Below, in pieces: positions 36,524 through 50,709 of a DNA stretch of 64,000 nt (position 1 is its first letter; the number at the start of each line of letters is the position of its first letter). This stretch comes from Moniliella sp. 'wahieum' (taxonomy: Eukaryota): positions 1-64,000 of the forward strand of contig RSEE01000047.1 of NCBI GenBank assembly GCA_003971905.1. Direction: 5' to 3'. A program made the translations under genes and the position numbers. The notes under the pieces are model-generated. The model was not told the origin of the DNA. It ran no database searches and was given only the letters and a program-made list of their open reading frames with translations.

Positions 36524-38998
36524 GGCGTCGGGGGGGGGACGGGATGCCTGGGCGGGAGTACGGGGAGGCAGGGCGAGGGGGAGGCGAGGGGGACGTTCAT
36601 GTGCGGGGGCGAATGGAGGAGGAGGGGGGGGGGCAGGGGGCGGGAGAGGTGGGGGTGGGGCAGGGGCGGGAGAGGTGGTGTGGACCCAAGCTGGGCTAGA
36701 AGGCCAAGGCCCAATCATATCCAGCCCAGCAGCTGGAGCAGGGCATGCGTCCTGGGCCAGCGGGCAGGCACTATGCGTAGGCACTATGCCACCAGGCACT
36801 AGGCACGAGGCAGCGCACGCCAGGCACCGCAGTGGCACTGCCAGGGCCAGTGTCACGCGTCACGCGTCACATGTCACACATCCGCCTCAGCAGCGCCCTG
36901 CCTGCGCTGCGCTGCGCTGCCCTGCGCTGCACTGCCCTCGGCTGCCGCGGCGCCTGCAGCGGCACGCAGCGGCGCCCAGCTTGCTCCAGCACTCCAGCAC
37001 TCCAGTGCCCCGCGCCCCGGCGCTCCAGCCTGCCCGCCCGCTCCAGCCCCGTCGTCGGAGCTGCGGAGAACGGCGGACCGATCGGTGGCGGCGGCGGCGG
37101 GGTAAACAACGCTACCAGCGCCAACGCTACATGGCCAACCGTAGCGTTAACCCCGGCAGAATAACCGGTGACTGAAACTCAAGTCACTAGTCACTAGTCA
37201 CTAGCGAACTAGCAACTCCGGAACGGTACCAGAATCCCAGCCTCCGCGCACCGCCCATGCCTCCCTTGCCCTCCGTCGTGCCCCCTCTCTCTGCTGAGTT
37301 CGCCCCCCCCCCATTTGTTCCAGCCGCAGCGTTCCACACGTTCCACGTCACACACTACACATGCCACACGCTCCACCGCATCCGCGGTAGGATAGGTCGA
37401 TGATGGATATTGCATCGATGATACCAGCTGTCCCCGCGCTCCGCTGGCACCCGGCCACCCTGCCTTTGGTCCTCGGTTGCGTTCGCCTCAGTGGCCGGCC
37501 TCAGTAAAGCTAGTAAGACGTTACCGGTGACCGGTGCCGGTGAAGGGTGAAGCTTGAAGCTCGGTCGTGTGATCAATACCAATGCCTCTCAACCAGCCCG
37601 GAGCTCTTTCCGTTGGCCCGCCTAACGTCCAACTCTACCACACTACCCAGAGACTCCTCCAGACGCAGTGCTCGGCCAGCTGGCCAGGCCTGCCTCAGGA
37701 CCATCTCGTCTTGAAATACGAGTGATGCGTTCGGGGGTCGTTGCTGGTTATGACCGGATACCCCTTTGGCATAGGTTTGCTGGACCAGGGTGGGTGTTGG
37801 GGCGTTGAGTGTTGGGCATGGACTACAGCGTAAATTACACCGTACCGTAGAGTCTGCGGTAATTGAAAATGGAAATGGCAGGAGAACTGGACATGTGACA
37901 TGCATGTGACCCAGGCACGGCAGATGAAAATACGGGGGTGACGGCGTCGAGCGCGCCAAACCTCGAGAGCTCCGCTACGTTGCGGCAGGGGGGCAGCCAC
38001 CGTCGCCTGCGGGGGTAGGGGGCACTAGAGGGCAGCTCCTGGCTGACCAGTGGTTCTGGATTACCGCTGAGCGGTGACCATGTGAGTTTTCCGGTTTTAA
38101 AATTTAATTCAGGGCCATTTATTGGATCGGGGCGCCAAACGCCATGCCAACGCCAACGCTTTTGCCCAGCCCCGGTCCCCTCGGGCATTGGCTGCGTTTG
38201 CCGAGGTCAACCGAGGGGACGTGTACTTGCCACGGGCGTGGGGGAGGGATCGCTTCCGCCAGGTTGAACGTGACATGCGTCTGGGCCTGAGGATCTGAGA
38301 CCCCAGCGCTCAGTGCCCCGCCTGAATAAGGAAGGCACCGAGTCGAAGCAGCCCTGGGATCTGAGAGCCAGGCTGCGCCGTGGGCTACCAGACGCGTGGA
38401 TCGCTCCGTTGATCGACAACATGAGTCGATCATGCCCATGAGAGATTGTCGGTTGCAAGAAGTCCCCTGCAGCGTGAGGGGATCAGACATGTGACCGACG
38501 ATCGTCCATCCCGGTCGCACCACAGCCGCATCTGTCGCCCCCCACAGTCCGAGCTGAGAAGCTCCCGCCAGCGCCGCACCTCCCCTGGCAAGCCCATCAG
38601 ATTCATCCAACCCTTCCTCTGAATTACCTGATGCCTCAGGGCCTCAGGCCTGACACGTCTCATCGAGCATTAGTCAGGCATCCCTCCCCCCCCCCTTCTC
38701 TCTCCAGGGTAGCTCAGGGGAGTAGGAGTACTGAGGATCTGAGTTTTCCTTCGTCTGCCTAATTAAAAGCCGGGCATGCCTGGCCGAAGCCCAGACAGTA
38801 TAGCCGCTTCTGCTCGATCCACACGCCGAGAACCCGCCAGCCCGCTTGCCTCTTCTGCAGACGACGAATAAACAATTATACCCAGCACAGATCCACATCC
38901 AACATTCCAGCCCCCCATGTGGCCACCCCAACCAAGCCCCATCCGGCACCATGCACCATGCACCAGCCCCCTGCTCCACGGACCGGCTGTGCCAGCGG

Positions 38999-41058
38999 TC
39001 AAGCCGGAGCGGGTGCCTCGCCCGAGGCGGATTGGTCCACATGCTGCCCAAGGCGCCTACCACCGCATCCACCTCTTCCACCGGCACCCCGCACGAAATG
39101 AGGATGAGGCGGCGGTACGCGGCCATGGCGGGGCCGGTGCCTTGGGCGGCGAGCGCCGCGTCGCAGTACGCCGTCTCGGCGGCCGAACAGCTTTTGGGCG
39201 CGTAGGACCGCGTCGCGCGCCTGGGCCAGGTCGCGTCCAAGTCGGTCGCAGGTTCAGGAAGGCTTCTACCGTTCCTGGAGCCGCGTGCGGAGAGGGAAGT
39301 GGCGACCAAGGTGGTCCACGCCGGGCGTGCGGAGACGTTTGGCGCGAGCGCGCATCGACGCATAGGACCGCGCTAAATCTTCCGCCCGCCGTTTGGCCAC
39401 GGCGGCTTCGAGACGCGGTCGCGCTTCGCCTCGTGCCTCGAGGCGCGCCTTGGCCTGCCTTGGGCGCTGGGCCAGCGTTTCCAGCGCCCGTTCGCTCTCG
39501 GCCGACTCGGTGGCAATTTGCGTCTGCAACGCTTGGGCTTGCGATAACATGCGGTCCGACTCGATCAGCTCCGCATCGTACGCGTCGGCGAGCGCAGTCA
39601 GGTGGGAGACCATGGGGCCTACCTGGCTCGCTGCTCGCTGCGCCGCGCTCGCCACACTGCGCTCGCGGAGGAGGCAAACTCATCTCGCCTGGCGCGGCAG
39701 GCCCAGTGCGCGGCGGCGAGGCACGGAACCGTTCGTCCACAATGTAGTCCTCGGCCCGACTTGCTTCGTGGTTGCGTTTCTTGGCGTCCGCCCCGTGTTC
39801 AAGCAGAGACGGACGAGGCGCTTGGAACGTGCCCGCCGCGCGGCCATCGTCAGTGCCGTCTCGCCCTCGTCGTCAGGAAAGTTGAGCATGTCGGCCAACT
39901 GGGTCCCGTACTCGCGTAGCCGCGTGAGCATCGTCTCGAGGTAGTACCGCGTTGCATGGGGCTTGCCTCGGCTCAGGGCAATCAATGGTATGATGGAACA
40001 CGGTGCGGTCCGAACGATCAATGTGAATGCTGCGGTGTGCAAGAGATCAAACAGTTCGGGGAACTTGCGTAGATCGTAATTGTTGCTAAACATCACTGCG
40101 CGCATCAATGCCGTCTGGCCCGACGTGTTCACCCGAAACATGTCCGCCCCCGCCGACAAGAGCAGCTTGACAATCCGTACCTGCCCATCGCACCACGCCC
40201 AATGCAGGGGTATGCTCGTCATCGTCAATCGACATGTTGGGATCAAAGTCAGCGGGGGGCGAGAGCAGCAGGTGGGGCACGGTGGTGCTTTCCGAGATAA
40301 AGTAGTCGAGAATAATCTCAGCATAGCGCGCCGCATTGTCACCTCGTCTCCTGGGTACCGTCCATACTGGTCCGGCTCGAGCGCCGAGCCACCCCGCACA
40401 AACGGTTCTGCGTCCATGGGCGAAGGGTGCGCGACGAACTCGAGCTCTCGCTCGGTGGCGGGCTGAGACTGCCATCGCTCGCGGCTTGCACGGACGCCTG
40501 CCGCCTCGCGCGGCCTCCCCGCGCAGGCGGGTCGAGGTCCATGCTGTCCGAGTCGGCCGTGGGCTCGCGCTTGGCCTTGGCTACGGCCGGGGTGGCCTTC
40601 TTGGCCTTGGTGGTGCTGGCGGTAATGTGTTTGGGTGGGGCGGCGAGGTGGCACTGGGCACGTAGCTCGTGATGGGTCGAGAAGGTGAGCAATGTTGTAC
40701 ACATGCGCCAGCTTGATCGCACTCTCGAGCGGGATCCAAGTACCTGGCAGGCAGAGGGTCAGCTTGCGCGCGCTGACGGGCCACGCGCCACGCGCCGGGA
40801 CAGGACAACCAACGTACCTTGGTACTTGCCGTACCCGCCCTGGACCTTTTCGTGCGTCTCACGCTGCACGTCGCGCTCAAGCACGCGGGTGCGCTGCGGC
40901 TTGTCCAGGCCGACGACCTTGAGGATCTGGGTAGCGTTGAGCCAGTTGTCGGCGCGGCGGCGCATGACGGCGACGCTGTTGACCACGCATTCGTACACGG
41001 GCACGCCGCTGTAGGTGGCCTTGTAGATCTTGCCTTCGACGGCGTTCTTGGGCGCCAT
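38999..41058 (-). CDS. APSES/KilA-N + ankyrin transcription factor (Mbp1/Res1/Res2 family)
   Basis: '[13 protein letters not shown]', '[10 protein letters not shown]', '[15 protein letters not shown]' (across intron 40744-40817), ankyrin 'GQTALMRAV', '[10 protein letters not shown]', C-terminal '[17 protein letters not shown]'. The 3' end is approximate because of indels. Confidence 0.93.
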
Positions 41059-41917
41059 GGCGATGGGGGGGGGGGGGGGGCAGAGAGGGGCGCGGGAGCA
41101 AGAGACGCGCAGGACGGCGGGGGGAGGGAGGGGGCGGCAGCCGCAATGGACGCGCCGCGTGTCTGCGCACCCGCACGCCCAGGCGGGCCAGCAGCAGCCA
41201 GCAGCAGCCAGCTGCCCCCCAGCACGCCGCAGCGGCCAGAGCGCGACGCTTACCTCATGCGGCACCGCACCAGTGTGCAGCCGTGCGCACCCACCCGCTG
41301 CGGCCCCCGCACGCCGCTGCACATTTCAAGTTTCCATCCCCCAGTGCGCATTTCAAATTGCAATCCCCACCGGATGCGCACCCCGCCACGCTGGCAGCTG
41401 CCCACGCGCACCCCAGCCGTGTTGCACCGATCCACGCAGTGCCATGGTCTCCGTCCGCCCGTCCGTGCAGAACTCGCCTCGGGCTACTCTTGCGCCCACC
41501 CCCCTTGGGCTGCGCCCACCCCCCTTGGGCTGGCGACACGTTACATGGGACTACTATACCAGCCCAGCAGCAGCCGGGCGCACCACCATGCACGTTCCCC
41601 CTTCCCTTTGGGCGCAGCGAGCAGGCAAATGAGAGTCCAGATGGGAGAGAATACGAGCAGGTTACAGTACGGAGGATGGGGACAAGGAGAAAGTGCGGAA
41701 GGACAGGAACCGAAAAAGGCATCAGTGAGAACAAAAAAAAAAGAGCAAACGCGTCGCAAGAAACGCTGGTACAGATGTAGGTACGAGCAGGGCGAATGGG
41801 GGTTGCTCCCATTCCCTGGCACCCAGCTTGGCTGCGACATGGGGCGAGGAGAGGGGGAGCGCAGCACCCTTATCAAGCGCTGCACTCCACGCCTGCAGCC
41901 TACCAGAACGCAAGCGA

Positions 41918-43388
41918 TTACAAGGCCAGTGCAGCCGCGCCCCCATTGCAGCGAGGGCCGCAGAGCCCAAGCTGGCAAACTGGGTGAGCGCCACGTCGCC
42001 AGACTTGGAGCCGTGCTGTGCATCATCGCTGCTTCCCTTGCTGGATCCAGAAGAGGGCTGCGCTGGGCTTGAGAGTGGCCTGGGAGCTGGAGGAGACAAT
42101 GCCCACTTCAATCGAGCCGACGGAGGAGGCGGTGATGTCACTAGCAGAGGGCAGGCCGGAAGGCATGATGTTGCCACCGGTGTACTGCTCAAAGTTGGGG
42201 TAGACAAACGATGCTTCACGGTACGGTTGGGTCTTGTTCTGGCACACGTGCACAGGGGTGATGTACTTGTAGGCACCGGCAATCGAAGGGTACTCTACAG
42301 GAGCAGGCAGCACAAGTTAGTAACACAATCCATCGACCAGCGGAACACGTGCCGGGGGGGGGGGGGGGACGTACCAGTGATCATCATTTGCATCGTGTCC
42401 GCGTTGATTTCATGGGTCAGAACCACGACGCCGCCAGTCTGGCCCGCGGGACCCTTGGCCTTGCTCACGATCGAGCGTAGTTGGCTTCAATCTGGGAGGT
42501 AGGGGCCGAGCCTTGGGGCTGGACGTTCCAGTCGTCCGTGTCGTCGGTCCAGATGATCGTCTCGAGGCCCAAGCCATACGCAATGGCACGGACGCGGTCA
42601 TCCACACATCACCAAACGGCGGGCGCCAAGAAGTAACGGTGACGCCCGTCACCCACTTGATCGCTTTGACCGTGTAGAACAGTTCAGCAAACACTTGGCT
42701 GCTGGTGAGCGCCGTCATGTAGTGGTGGGACCACGTGTGGGCACCAATTTGATGACCGTCCGTCAGACCACGCTGGGCTTGCAGCGGCCAGTTGAGAACG
42801 TTGGATCCAATGTAAAAGAGCGTGGCCTTCTGCTTCTTGGACTTGAGGAAGTCATAGAAGGCATTGTGGGTGCAGTTGGGCCCATCGTCAAAGGTGAGGC
42901 CCCAGGTACCAGGCTCGTCGCAAGTATACGTATCGGGCGGGATACCAGGTGCCTTGGGATGGACACACTTGGACGAAGTCCACCAGCAGTCCGGATCTTG
43001 GCCTGCATTGTACTGAGTACCCTGCTGCGAACCCGACGGCTGGCCTTTGGGGGCGTGTTGGGGATCTTGACTTGCTTCTGGATGTCAGACCAGACCGATT
43101 GGGCCTCCTGGTCGCCGTTCATAATGTCGGCGATCTGCCAGTTGGTCGGGAACGCCTTGGTAAGGACGAAGCGGGGGCGTAGTTGTAATACTTGCACTCG
43201 GTCGCCGTGTCGGTGATGGTCTGCCACGACTGGTCATTGTAGCTGGCTTGGCGGCGCTGCATCCCACGCTTTGCCACATCGGCCTGCAATGCAGGGGCAA
43301 GACGACCGGGGAAGCCGGCGCCGACGTGGGCGCAGGCCTGGCCCGCCATCAAGGTTGCCGTACTGATCAGGAACGCGAGGTTGAGCAT
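41918..43388 (-). CDS. Secreted, probably GPI-anchored chitin deacetylase (CE4)
   Basis: Signal peptide MLNLAFLIST, 'WGLTFDDGP', 'GAHTWSH', 'WRPPFGDV', Ser-rich region and hydrophobic C-terminus. Intron 42295-42374. Confidence 0.92.
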
Positions 43389-45317
43389 CTCGTAAGGGAC
43401 TAAGAACGAGTGGTGCCGTCGAGGCGCGAAGAGAAGGTGGAAGGAGAAGGGGAGAAAATCTGGGAGGGGTGGTGGTGATGGAGAGACGAAAGAGTTGGAT
43501 CCAAGGGGGAGGAAGAGACGGAGGAAGTGTGGCAATGATGCTCTTTTGGGGGGCGCGAGACCTGAGGCACAGTGGCGAATATAGAGAGCGAGTGTGCTTT
43601 CGCGCAGAGCGAGAATAGTATAACAGCCCTTGTCCGCACTGCTTGCACCCCCCGTCTGCCAAGCCGCCCAGGCTGCTCGCTCACACCCTCTAGCTGGCTT
43701 GGCGCTGCGGCTCAGCGTTGAGGCTCAACGCGCAACGCCCAACTCAGGCGCAAGAGTGAGACTCACTGGTCGCCACGGCAGGCCAGCGGCCAGTCAGCGC
43801 CGTGTGTATACGGGGCAGGGGAGGGAGCGTAGGCTGGTCGATCCAGTCAACGATGACTTTCATCGATACCAAGTGAGGCCTGAGGGTCGTTCCAACGGCG
43901 TGTCTTGGGCTGAAGCTTGGAGAGCGAGCGAAGCGATCCCAGCACTCGCCCCGTGGTGGGTGTGGAGCAGGCAGGCGAGGTGCGGGGGGGGGCGTGCAGA
44001 GCCAAGCCTTTACCCCTCGCACTAGCCCTCTGCCCCTGTGGCTCTCGCCCTTGCCTGCCCACCGACAGGCCACTCCGGGGCAGAACGGGAGACGGAGCAA
44101 GTCGGTTGACAATGGCTGGGCGCTGGAGGGGCGGGGCTCTGGCGGCGGATGATGTCAATGATGTGCCCGGTGACGTCGATGCTGCGATGATCGATGACGC
44201 TGACGGGGGTCTGGTGGGGGCAGCGGCGTGGCTGCGCAAGGGCGGGGAGGCGCACGCAAATCTCAACCAGCGGCATCATCCCTCACGCGTGGCACCTCCA
44301 GCAGAACGCCCCCGCGCCGAATCACCCACCACGCATCCGTGCAGCAGCCATTCAAACTTGCAATGCAGGCGCCCACTTCCGGAGGGCGAGCAGCTAGATT
44401 AACAAACGAATCGCCAATCGGAGCGAGAGCAGCGCGTGGGCAGCCTGCCGTCTTGGCGCGCAATCGCTTCCTTCGGAGCGTCGTCCTACACACGTGTCCG
44501 CCCTGTCCTCCCGCTCCTGACAATCCGTCGTCGCTTTCGGGCGCGGGCAGCAGGTATGGCCTAGACCTATACGCACAACGCCCAAGGCCCATGGCACATC
44601 AAGTCATGCCAATCAAGTCGGCCCCAGCATCCATTCAATTTGTTCCGTCTCCAGCTGCAAGGCGTCCCCCAGGCCTCTTCAAGTCTCAAGCTCCAAGCTT
44701 CAAGCTTCAAGCTTCAAGGTTGAACGCACCATTGAAGCTAGTTGAAGGCTTGACGTCTCAAGATCTTCGACAATCTCGCTCGCAAGAGGAGAGCGCGGTA
44801 CGACTCGCCTGGCTGTGGCAGTCACTTGTCAGGGGCTATCGGCCCAGCGGATTAGGTCATCCTCCTCAGCAGTCCGAAAAGACATGGTTGGAGTTGAGGG
44901 CCTGTTGGGCGGGAGTAACGGGACCATGCAACGGCGCCTGGGCTGTGCTCGGTGCCCGCCCGGAGCAGGTAGGCGGGGTGGCGGTTGGTGGGGGCGCTGG
45001 GCGAGCGCTAGCGTTGGTTGAGCGTCGAGTGCTCGGTGCCCGACGCAGGGGCGCAATCACCGCCCGAATGCACGGACCCCGGCGCAGCTGGCTGTGGGCC
45101 CAGCGCCAGCACCGCAGTGGAGCTGTCTGGGGCAGCAGCTGCCTCCACGTCACCGGTCACCCACCGCCCTCCCACACGCCCACGCTTCGGGCAGCTGGAG
45201 CACTGGTCAGGGTTACGTGGTAGGGTTGGGCTTTGCATGGCGTGCCTAGCAGCTGGTGCATGCAATCAAGCAATGCTGCCACACCCCCACAGACCAACAC
45301 CTCCTCTGCCCCACACC

Positions 45318-47778
45318 ATGTCCGACATTGACTTTGACTCGGACTACGACGACCATGGCGCGCGCGTGGCCGACTTTCTTCTCCTTTATGATCCAGTCGC
45401 AGGGCATGGGCCCGCCCTCGGCTCCGCGCATCCCCATGCCCCCGCCTGGCTTCTTCCCTCCCCCTGGCGTGCCCTTTGTCATGGGTGGCGGCGTCCTGCG
45501 TCGTAGCGCGCGGAGGAAGCCGAGGACGACCCCCCGGGTTCGACTTCTTGGATGACGAAGACGAAGGCGCAGAACGCCCCTATTATCCCATCTTTGATGA
45601 CGTTGAGTATGAACAGAGTGAACCGGAAGATGACGACGACTTTCACCGCCGGTATGCCACGTTCGGACCGCACTTTATGGGTGCAGGCTGGACTTTGTTC
45701 CCGACGAGCCAGTGCGCCCGATGCCCCCCCGGGTCACCCGGCCCCTTCCGGCCGGCGTGCATGCGCGCTTCAGTGGCGACTTTGGCAAGGTAACTATCCA
45801 TTTTTCTCTTGCTCGTCTGCACTTACATGGTATTGATAAGACGCGTCTTGCGCCCAGACTCCCCATCGCCCCCCGTGGACCAGCAGCTTTTACCTAGACC
45901 TAGTGCAGGCGAATCCTGCTATCGCGCACACCTTCCCGCGTCTGTTCCCATTGATGGGCAAGACAGCATCAGGGGACCTAGATGTCGCCTCGTGGCTAAA
46001 AAAGACACAGCCCCCCGCCAGCTCCGCCTCCTAACTCCTCGTCTCTTTCACCGACGGCGGATTCGGGCAGATGGGATGTTGCCGATGCGATGCGTTCCTC
46101 CTTCGGTGGGCTGGGCAACCCAGCAGAGCGAGTGTATCAAGCCCGTGCTTCTTGTCCTGGAGTGGGGCAAGGCTGCGGCCGGCCTGACATGTCGACGTAT
46201 GTTCCCAATGCGTTTGGGGCCGACGTGGCCATGTACCTCGGCTCGCCCTACGTGTCCCAATATTCGGCCGATGGCTCGCTGTTGGTAACGTGCACACGGG
46301 ACTTTGCTGCGCACCTCTACGCGACCCAGCCGGGGTGCAGTCCACCTTTGCACGCGTGGAATGGCAGTCGCAAAATTGAACTGTCCGAGTGGATGGACAC
46401 TCGGGCCCCCCGGCTGGAACGCGGCTCTCAGTTAACGTCGATGGATTTGCGCAAGACATTTGCCACATCCGAACATTACTCTTGGACCTTGACCGACGCC
46501 GATCTGTCGGTCAAGAACGATTGGTTGATCTACAGCTCCCTGACGCCGTATGTGCATTTGGCGCCTGTTGCCCAGTATGTGCACCCCCAGGCCCGCCCGC
46601 CGACGCGTTTTCCCCCTTTGACGACGCGGATCCGCCCGAGTACTCGGCCAAAAAGTGGTCCTTGTACTCCTCGGCGGATCAGGGATCCAAACAGGCGGGC
46701 ACGGAGGAGAACGACGGTGTGAACGAAGAGGTGGTGCTCAACCTCGGATCCTCTACCGACGACCCGTACACTTCGGACGGGGCGCTGTTCAGCGTCCGCT
46801 TTTCCACGCGACGGACGAGACATTGTGGCCGGGGCACGAGCGGGCCGAATCCATGTGTACGACATTGAGGCACGAAAGAAGTCCTTCACCATCAAAGGGC
46901 ACGGCGCGGACGTGAATACTGTCGCGTTTGCCGACCCGGCCGGCTCGCACGTTATTCTCAGTGGAGGGGACGACCACGTGGTCAAGATCTGGGACCGACG
47001 TTCCATCCAAAACAACAAGTCGATGGGCGTACTGTATGGGCACACTGGTGGGATTACTCACGTGTCACCCAAGGGGGATGGACGATACGCTGTTTCGAAC
47101 GGCAAGGACCACAATGCCAAACTGTGGGATCTGCGGATGCTCAGCAACGACTCTGCCTCTGTTTCAACGGCGGGGCCTGAGAGCGGGGGCAGGAGTCGGT
47201 CAGGCGGACTCCCGAGTGGAAAGAAGGATGGATCGGTGGTGACATACACTGGACACACAGTTTCCCAGACCCTGATTCGTTGCAATTTCTCGCCCATCGC
47301 GACAACAGCAGCGGTACATTTATTCGGGTTCGTCGGATGGCTTCATTTATGTACGTTTTTTTTTTTTTTTCAGGCGCCTTAATGGGTTGCGGTGTGTCGT
47401 GGCGTGGTCATTGGCTGACAGGAGCATGCGGGGGAACAGATCTGGGCGTTGGATGGGCGCTTGGTCGAGACGATTGACCGATCACAGGCGGCGACGATGC
47501 TTCCCGAAAAGGCCTTTTGACCGCTGCTCCCCGTGCGATCGATCCGTCGGGGCGGAACGAGTGCCGCATGGCAACCTGCGTTGCTCGGCCAATTGCGAAC
47601 ATCACCGGGCGGGTGGGTGGTGCGGGATGTGTCGTGGCACCCGTATGAGCCGGCCCTGATGTCGGCGACGATCTCGCATGGCCAGCACCTGGCCAAGCAC
47701 GAGTGGAAGGGCTTTGGGAAGTCGAGGCTGACGAGCCTGGAAGACTTTGCGGAGAAGACGCGGCGGGAGACGATGTAA
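45318..47778 (+). CDS. WD40 protein, DCAF11/LEC14B-like
   Basis: 'YVSQYSADGS', 'WTLTDADLS...LIYSS', 'GHGADVNTVAFAD', 'VKIWDRRS', 'SNGKDHNAKLWDLR', 'TYTGHTVSQTLIRCNFSP', 'VRDVSWHP'. Intron 47351-47439. Confidence 0.9.
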
Positions 47779-48231
47779 CACGTTGGCTGGCTGCAGCTCG
47801 CGCACGGTGTGTGTTGGTGTGGGCCGCCATGTAGTACAAAGATGTGTTTCGGATGCCGGATGCTTATTGTTTCGTTCGAGGTGAGGGACAAGACAGAAGG
47901 GCCGGCCGCTCTGAGTGGGAGAGAATGCGGTGTGTGGTGCCCTGGGGCAGCGTCGACCGCCGGGAGAGGAAAGGGCGAGATAACCCCGCGCTGCCAGGGC
48001 ACAGCACCGGTGACATGTGACAGCTCTCGGGATGACGTCAGGCGGCGGGGCACCCGCCCATGTCGGCCACGGCCGGCCGGCGTGCCAGGAGGCGCAGTTG
48101 ACATGGTCGAGCGTCCCACTGCGCACTGACTGAGCGCTGCTGAGCTCAGCCGCAGCGCCCAGGCTCCCAGCCCAGCCTCAGCCTCAGCTGAGATCACCAG
48201 TGCCCCCCCACCACCATCTCCCTCTCGCCCG

Positions 48232-50709
48232 ATGAGCAGCACCAACCCTTCATGCCCGCCTCGCGCCGCCGGCGAGCAACCCCTTTGGTGCCCCCGCACC
48301 GACGCCCCTGTCGCCAATCCCAATCCATTCGCAGCACCCCTTCCGCCGTCTGCGCCCGCCGCCCAAGGCTCCTGGGTCCTGGCAGCAACCCATTCGCCGC
48401 GCGCCCCCCCCTCCGCCTCCCTCTCCTCTCCACCGGCTGGGCTTAGCTTCGGTGCGGAGCCCCAGATGGACGTCTTCACTCCCACACCTGCGCCTGCTAG
48501 CCCAACCGTCTTCCCCGCTGTCTGCCCCGCCTGGTGATGCGTTTGGCTTTGCCTCGGCTGCCGCTGCCCAGGGACAACAGGCCTTCTCGCCTCCGTCCGC
48601 TGCAGGTACCAACCCCTTTGCCCAGGCTTCTCAGCCTGAAGCGGCAGTTCCATGTTTGCAGCGTCACCCTTTGATCTGCAGCAGTCCCAGCCCCAGCCCC
48701 AGTTGACCGTGCATACCTCGCCATTTGGAGAGGCGCCTCAGCTGGATACCGTTGCCATTTGGTGCCTCCCCCGTGGCAGCTCCATCTCCGTTTGCCATTT
48801 CGAATCATCCGACCCCGGGGCTGGGTGCGCCCCTTCCCATCGCCGGCGTGCCCACCGCTGCACCCGAGAAGGACGAGCCGCCACCGAACGATCATGGGGT
48901 TCAGTGGGACGTGAAGAGGGTTTTGTTCCCAGCCTGACGGAAGTGTAACGACCGGCAAGTGGTCCAGCAGAACGGGCTGGGCGCTACGCCGCTCATTGCG
49001 CTGGTGAATGTCCTCCTCTTGCGCGGGGAGGTGAGCCTTACGCCTCCCAACCGACCCGCTGTGGACCATGATTACCTCTCGTCCTTGGTGGGCGAGTACT
49101 TGCTGGGCCGCGAAGATCCCACTCCCGACGCCCCCGGTTCTCTCGAGGACGCACTCAGTGTACTTCCGTACCTTTCGCGCCGTGTTACCCTCAACGCCAG
49201 CCTGACCGATGCCCGTGCTTTCCCTCCCCCTCCACCCAGCCAAACTGGCTCCGAGACCAGGTCGCCCGCATTCACCGTGGCGTTGTCGCTCTTTTCCGCC
49301 TGGCCGGGGTGGGCTTGGTACATGGTGGCCTGCTCGATGCGACAAATCAAGCGGCCACGCTCTCCGCCTTACCGCTACGGCGGATGTGGATCGCTTGAGC
49401 AGGTTTGTTGCGCAGGCCGATGCGACGGCGCGGCAAGTTTCCGGTCAGGGCTTGGCGCAGCTGGCTTCCGCCTTTGCTTCTTCCGCGGGCAAGGCACCCT
49501 CTGTGGTCAAGCTCAACGAGGCTGACGAACGAGCTGCTCGGGCGGCGATCGCGATGCAAACGTTTTTGAAGACACTCGATCTTGCGCCTGCCTACTTACC
49601 CGCTGCTTCTTCTACGACCGCAACTGGTTCTGCTTCGGATTCTGTGGGTGACCATGGTCTGTCCTGGGCCGCTCTGTTTGCACTGGGAGATATTGTGCGG
49701 GGCTCCTTATCAAGCCAAGCAAGTGGCCTGGCGGCGCTGTACCGCGCGGACGGATGGACGTGATCTACGTGCCGACACAGGAGCAACTGTCAAACACGAC
49801 GCAGCTGCTGGGCACTGAGTCCGAAGGACTTCCTGGCCTCCTCGTCCTTGCCAACCAACAGCTTTGGCGGCCGGATGACGATCCGGTTTGGCTGGGAGTA
49901 AGTGAGCCGTCGGACCCGTTGGGATCGGGTCCAGCAGGTGGTGGACAAGGCACTGCGCTGCCCGTACCGGCGCCTGTGGCCTTTGATGGCCGTCTCCATC
50001 CGCTCCCGACAATGGAGCGACGCGCTTGGCTGCTCCGACTCAAACGCGTGGGCGTTGCTGCGCCGACGCGGGGGGCGGAAAGCACAGTGCCGGCAGCATC
50101 GGATCAGCAATCGGGCGGCGCAAATGTATCGACGGACCAAACGGACAGCGAGTGGGTCCTCTTCCCCTCGTTGCAAATCTGGTCGTGTTGGGTGTACTAA
50201 CTTGTCCTGCTTCTTAGCTTTGCCCTTGCCCTGCATCTCCAGCAACAGGAGAACCGCCGTGCGGCACAAGGCGCTATCACCAACGGCATCAAGCGCCGCG
50301 CGTCGCTCCTACCCCCGAGCCGATGGGGGTTGGGCACGAATGGTACGACCCATATGGCAATGCGGGATCGGGCGTGGACGGGGATAAGCGTGGATGAAGG
50401 ACCTGCTCCGTTTCCCCGGCTTGGGCAAGAAAAAGCGCACCGATGCGGAGAAGTATGCGCCGGGCGCGCCACGCTTGTCTGTTCCCGAGCCGCGCGAACT
50501 GTGGATGCCGGGTGGGATTCGGACAACGAATACGCCATGGCCATGGCTCGCGTGCGCGCACACGAATGAGATGGCACGGGAAGACTACAGTCCCCCGCCC
50601 GGCCAGGACTTTGCAGCTGGTCCGACGGATGAGGAGCGGTTGAGATGCGGGATGGGAAAAGGGAGGCAAGATGGGGCGGTGGATCGCCAAGGCCAAGCAT
50701 GCGGTGTAG
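48232..50709 (+). CDS. MINDY-1/2-fold protein with NPF repeats and MIU-like motif
   Basis: 'VVQQNGLGATPLIALVNVLLLRGEVSLTPPNRPAVDHDYLSSLVGEYLL', 'LVHGGLLD', 'LAALYR'. Intron 50152-50217 rebuilds 'DFALALHLQQQE'. The 3' end is approximate. Confidence 0.75.

Noticed and set aside
40819..42072. Long GC-rich ORFs such as 40819..42072, 47379..48653, 56600..57760, 19777..20754, 9009..10124
   Set aside because: Antisense or promoter-spanning shadow ORFs with no motifs, as expected in GC-rich DNA.
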